Positions 32,718 through 35,772 of a DNA stretch of 35,772 nt are shown piece after piece; position 1 is the stretch's first letter; each line of letters starts with the position of its first letter. A program made the position numbers and the translations under genes. The stretch is from Candidatus Saccharimonadota bacterium. GTDB taxonomy: Bacteria > Patescibacteriota > Saccharimonadia > Saccharimonadales > AWTP1-31. A model generated the notes under the pieces. It did not search any database. It was not told the DNA's origin and saw only the letters and a list, made by a program, of their open reading frames with translations. The stretch spans positions 1-35,772 of the forward strand of contig JAGQMX010000029.1 in NCBI GenBank assembly GCA_020428425.1, read 5' to 3'.

Positions 32718-33740
32718 ATGACCAAAACGACCACTCTTAGTATTTTTCAAAAAGCTACAAGAAAATATTCCGGCCGGATATTCATAATACTGTTTGCTAT
32801 AGTTGGCATACTTATCATCTTATCAGCTAAAGCAAGCACATTTTCTATAGCAATAGAACCAGAATCAGGTGTTCCACAAGGAGACGCCAGAATAATATCT
32901 GATGCATCTACCTCTGGACAAAAAGCAATTAAATTTGTAAAATCTACCCCTCCAGTAAATGAAAGTCAACCAAATGAATCAAACACTGGTCCTCGTTTTT
33001 CTTTGGCAAATTTATCTGTTGGTCAATTTTTAAGCTCTAGGACATGTAATAGACAACGAATAAATGAAGACGTAATAATATCTGATAATTCCCTCAAAGG
33101 AAAAACCTTCAATATAACCGACTGCGAAATTAGGCGACTGGTTGTAGGTTTCGGCAATCAATCTCCATTACCTGAGAATGACATACCAATAATAAATATA
33201 GATTATTCATATTTTCCTACAGAATTTATCACTGGAAGTGCCGCTAAGATGACAGTGAATCACAGTTGGGTTAATAAAGGTGCATCACAGTTCAAGTTAA
33301 CGGATAACTGGGCTTCTCCATCATCAGGTAGCTATCCCTTGATAATTAAAAATTCGGTACTAATAGCCGACTATATAACACAACCAGCCCATAGCGAGGC
33401 ATTACAGACTCCGGATGATGTCTCTGTATCAGGCATGCAATTTATAAATACAGTTTTTGCAGTTCGTGCTGGTCCACTGGATAATACTGGTATAACAGCT
33501 ACAATTAACTTTAAAGGAAGGAACAGTACTTTCGACGGCTGTTATTTCCTCTGGGAGGGTGATCCGCCGGTACCGGCTTGGTATTCTGTAGAGATTGGTG
33601 GTCCAAATAATGTCGTTAAAAATAGCTGGTTCGAAAAAGGCGTTGCTGGCTACGACACAAATGGAAAACCAGATCTTGATAGTGCCTCATATATAAATAA
33701 TAAAGATTATAATACTGGGCAAGTATTGTCCGATCATTAA
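32718..33740 (+). CDS. Secreted or membrane-anchored hypothetical protein (possible beta-helix)
   Basis: 340-aa ORF with an N-terminal TM or signal segment (IFIILFAIVGILIILSA). The motif IEPESGVPQGDARIISDASTSGQKAIKF follows. The remaining region is Asn/Ser/Ile-rich with recurring short beta-strand-like segments. Confidence 0.6.
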   Translation: MTKTTTLSIFQKATRKYSGRIFIILFAIVGILIILSAKASTFSIAIEPESGVPQGDARIISDASTSGQKAIKFVKSTPPVNESQPNESNTGPRFSLANLSVGQFLSSRTCNRQRINEDVIISDNSLKGKTFNITDCEIRRLVVGFGNQSPLPENDIPIINIDYSYFPTEFITGSAAKMTVNHSWVNKGASQFKLTDNWASPSSGSYPLIIKNSVLIADYITQPAHSEALQTPDDVSVSGMQFINTVFAVRAGPLDNTGITATINFKGRNSTFDGCYFLWEGDPPVPAWYSVEIGGPNNVVKNSWFEKGVAGYDTNGKPDLDSASYINNKDYNTGQVLSDH

Positions 33741-33772
33741 TTTAAAATAGTAATAAATATCAAATAATAACT

Positions 33773-33848
33773 GGTGACCCCGGCGGGATTCGAACCCGCG
33801 ATCTTCTGGATGAGAACCAGATATCCTGAACCGCTAGACGACGGGGCC
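33773..33848 (-). tRNA. tRNA-Glu (anticodon CTC), CCA encoded
   Basis: The reverse complement reads GGCCCCG TC GTCTAGCGGTTCAGGAT A TCTGG TTCTCAT CCAGA ... GCGGGTTCGAATCCCGC CGGGGTC A CCA. Confidence 0.9.
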
Positions 33849-33951
33849 ATAGCAATTGATTATTATACCCTATATCTATTAATTTACCGTAGTGTAGTTA
33901 TCTTGTTTATGTTAACATTACAGTAGTAAATACAATAACTATAGGGACTAA

Positions 33952-35244
33952 ATGATCGTTTGGATAATTATTATTGGTGGGTTAATAAGTATCTCGGCTG
34001 TTTCGTATTTTAAATTCCAAGCTGCCCAAAAAGATATACAGACCCCTGATAAGCCTAATAATTCTCAACAGTCTAGTTCTTCTAGCATCTTAGAGGCGGT
34101 CTCTGATGGAGTAGTAATCTTAGATGAAAAGGGGACCATTAAACTAATTAATCCGGCGGCTTGTGCGTTGTCAGGATGGCAGCAAAAAGATGCCTTAAAT
34201 ATTGATCATCATTCTGTTTTTCAACTTAGCGATGAAAAAGGAAATCCCTACGATGATACAAACAACCCATTTAGCCTAACTATTTCTGACGGAAAAATAC
34301 ACCGAGATAACAATGCAGTATTGACAGAAAACGGTAGTAAAAAACGAATAATCCTTAGTATGAGTGTATCTCCGTTATATAATAATGATCAAGAATTTAA
34401 TGGTGCCGTGGGAATTCTTAGAGACATTAGTGAAGAACGTAAAGCTGAAAATCAACGAGCAGAATTTATTAGTACTGCATCGCATGAAATGCGAACTCCA
34501 GTAGCCTCGATTGAAGGATACTTAGCCCTAGCTATGAACCCTAAGGTCAGCCAGATAGATGACAAAGCGAGAAGCTACTTAACTAAAGCTCACGCCTCTA
34601 CTCAACACTTAGGCAGTCTTTTCCAGGATCTACTCACTAGCGCGAAAGTTGAAGACGGGAGACTAGCAACCCACCCTCAGGTAGTAGAGATGAGTAGCCT
34701 GCTGACTAACCTAACTGAAGATCTCAAATTTGTTATAAAGAAAAATATTTCTGTAGAATTCGTAGTAGGCAACAATGGTGCTTTAATTAATGCTGAAGAA
34801 GATACAGGAAGTGTCCGAGTCGTTCAACCCATATACAACGTATACGCTGACCCAGAAAGAATACGTGAAGTTGTAACCAACCTATTCGATAACGCAGTTA
34901 AATATACCGATACTGGAAAGATAACTATTGGATTAACCGGGGATAATCACATTGTGCAATTGTACATTAAAGATACTGGTAAAGGTATCCCAAGTGATGA
35001 CATTCCTCATCTATTCCAGAAATTTTATCGAGTAGATTCCAGCGATACCCGTACCGAAGGCGGTACTGGCCTTGGCTTGTTTATTACCAGAAAAATAGTA
35101 GAAATGTATAACGGAAGAGTCTGGGTAGAAAGCACCGTCGGCAAAGGTAGTACGTTCTATATTAATATACCTAGATTAAGTAACCAGCAAGCAGCTGAGT
35201 TAAGCGGGAAATCTTCTACAACTATCACACCCACAAGAAATTAA
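33952..35244 (+). CDS. PAS-domain sensor histidine kinase
   Basis: 430-aa ORF with an N-terminal TM segment and a PAS-like region (ILEAVSDGVVILDEKGTIKLINPAA...). It has H-box STASHEMRTPV, N-box LFDNAVKYT, G1 IKDTGKGI, F-box FQKFYRVD and G2 GTGLGLFITRKI. Confidence 0.9.
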   Translation: MIVWIIIIGGLISISAVSYFKFQAAQKDIQTPDKPNNSQQSSSSSILEAVSDGVVILDEKGTIKLINPAACALSGWQQKDALNIDHHSVFQLSDEKGNPYDDTNNPFSLTISDGKIHRDNNAVLTENGSKKRIILSMSVSPLYNNDQEFNGAVGILRDISEERKAENQRAEFISTASHEMRTPVASIEGYLALAMNPKVSQIDDKARSYLTKAHASTQHLGSLFQDLLTSAKVEDGRLATHPQVVEMSSLLTNLTEDLKFVIKKNISVEFVVGNNGALINAEEDTGSVRVVQPIYNVYADPERIREVVTNLFDNAVKYTDTGKITIGLTGDNHIVQLYIKDTGKGIPSDDIPHLFQKFYRVDSSDTRTEGGTGLGLFITRKIVEMYNGRVWVESTVGKGSTFYINIPRLSNQQAAELSGKSSTTITPTRN

Positions 35245-35324
35245 GCCGCTATTAGCCTATTTGATTCAGCGACAAACATGATACAATATGTAAAACATTA
35301 AGCATAAGTAGGAACAGGAATACA

Positions 35325-35772
35325 ATGGCCAAAATCATGCTAGTTGAAGATGATAACAACCTAAGAGAAATCTATGGTGCTAGGTTATTAGCTGAAGGTT
35401 ATGAAATTGTATCTGCAAAGGACGGTGAAGAAGCTCTTGCAATGGCAGTAAAGGAAAAGCCAGACCTAATTATTAGCGATATAATGATGCCCAAAATTAG
35501 CGGATTTGATATGCTAGATATTCTAAGAAGCACAGCCGAAACAAAAAATACCAAGGTAATAATGATGACAGCATTAAGTCAATCTGAAGATAAAGACCGT
35601 GCTGGTAAATTAGGGGCCGATAGATATCTGGTAAAATCTCAAGTTACTCTTGAGGACGTGGCAAAAGCTGCACAAGAAGTACTAGGTGGATTACCTCCAA
35701 CTCCTCCTGAACAAGCAGCAGAATCAGCACCAGCACCAGCAGCCACTCCAGCTCCTACGCCTACAGCTGAGC
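35325..35772 (+). CDS. Response regulator receiver protein with a Pro/Ala-rich tail (3' end beyond the window)
   Basis: The ATG at 35325 is preceded by AGGAACAGGA. The frame is open to the window edge. MAKIMLVEDDNNLREIY...DLIISDIMMPKISGFD...IMMTAL...YLVKS is a CheY-like receiver, followed by PPTPPEQAAESAPAPAATPAPTPTAE. Confidence 0.8.
   Translation, partial: MAKIMLVEDDNNLREIYGARLLAEGYEIVSAKDGEEALAMAVKEKPDLIISDIMMPKISGFDMLDILRSTAETKNTKVIMMTALSQSEDKDRAGKLGADRYLVKSQVTLEDVAKAAQEVLGGLPPTPPEQAAESAPAPAATPAPTPTAE

Noticed and set aside
21559-33848. tRNA-flanked integrative island, with tRNA-Ser, tRNA-Leu and tRNA-Glu as attachment sites
   Set aside because: No integrase, recombinase or transposase is present, and I could find no direct repeat of a tRNA 3' end by eye. 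Most genes between the tRNAs are housekeeping (pyrH, xth, gltX). Only the ORF at 24638 is retained as a weak accessory candidate.
1-35772. Alternative genetic code (UGA recoding, as in some CPR lineages)
   Set aside because: TGA terminates well-supported ORFs, for example at 5558-5560 and 23264-23266. All family-recognisable genes are full length under the standard code.
1-35772. CRISPR arrays, rRNA genes, insertion sequences
   Set aside because: No regularly spaced direct repeats, rRNA-like conserved stretches, terminal inverted repeats or transposase-like ORFs were seen. The only notable DNA repeats are the intragenic collagen duplication and the paralogous gene 5' ends.

Overview
This is a 35.8-kb, gene-dense bacterial chromosome segment with about 40 ORFs and 3 tRNA genes. 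Most intergenic gaps are under 150 bp, and several genes overlap by 1-8 nt. The standard genetic code applies, since TAA, TAG and TGA all terminate long ORFs. The sequence is visibly AT-rich except where Gly codons dominate in the first 2.4 kb. Recognisable genes are mostly housekeeping or envelope functions: pyrH, xth, an MTH1-like NUDIX, gltX, mgtE, a P-type cation ATPase and a thioredoxin-like/CcdA pair. Others are YihY, ExoD, a fused MacB-type ABC transporter, a sortase, a PEGA protein, a DUF3048 protein and two two-component systems. The tRNAs are Ser(GGA), Leu(CAA) and Glu(CTC), and all three encode their 3' CCA. This gene mix and the compactness suggest a small-genome, monoderm-type bacterium, plausibly Patescibacteria/CPR (Saccharibacteria-like). 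That assignment is inference only. The most unusual region is the left 5.7 kb, which the window edge cuts. It is a co-directional, tightly coupled module with two collagen-like (G-X-T rich) proteins that share a nearly identical N-terminal cassette. It also holds two polyglycine-rich proteins with their own shared N-terminus, an embedded GT-B glycosyltransferase and two orphan ORFs. None of these proteins has a signal peptide, and their motifs resemble siphophage (actinophage-type) minor tail or tail-fibre proteins. No other phage genes lie to the right of the module. The first collagen-like ORF and the first glycine-rich ORF are in the same frame, separated by a single TAA. Other items worth a second look are a histidine-kinase-like membrane protein with no phospho-acceptor His, placed divergently from a bona fide two-component system, and an orphan protein with an Mrr-like PD-(D/E)xK signature next to the 3' end of tRNA-Leu. 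Further items are a 250-nt promoter-proximal leader before a small orphan ORF, a G/A/V/T-rich repeat protein, a membrane-anchored seven-beta-strand methyltransferase, and a sortase locus with no visible substrate. No CRISPR array, rRNA, transposase, integrase or reverse transcriptase was seen.
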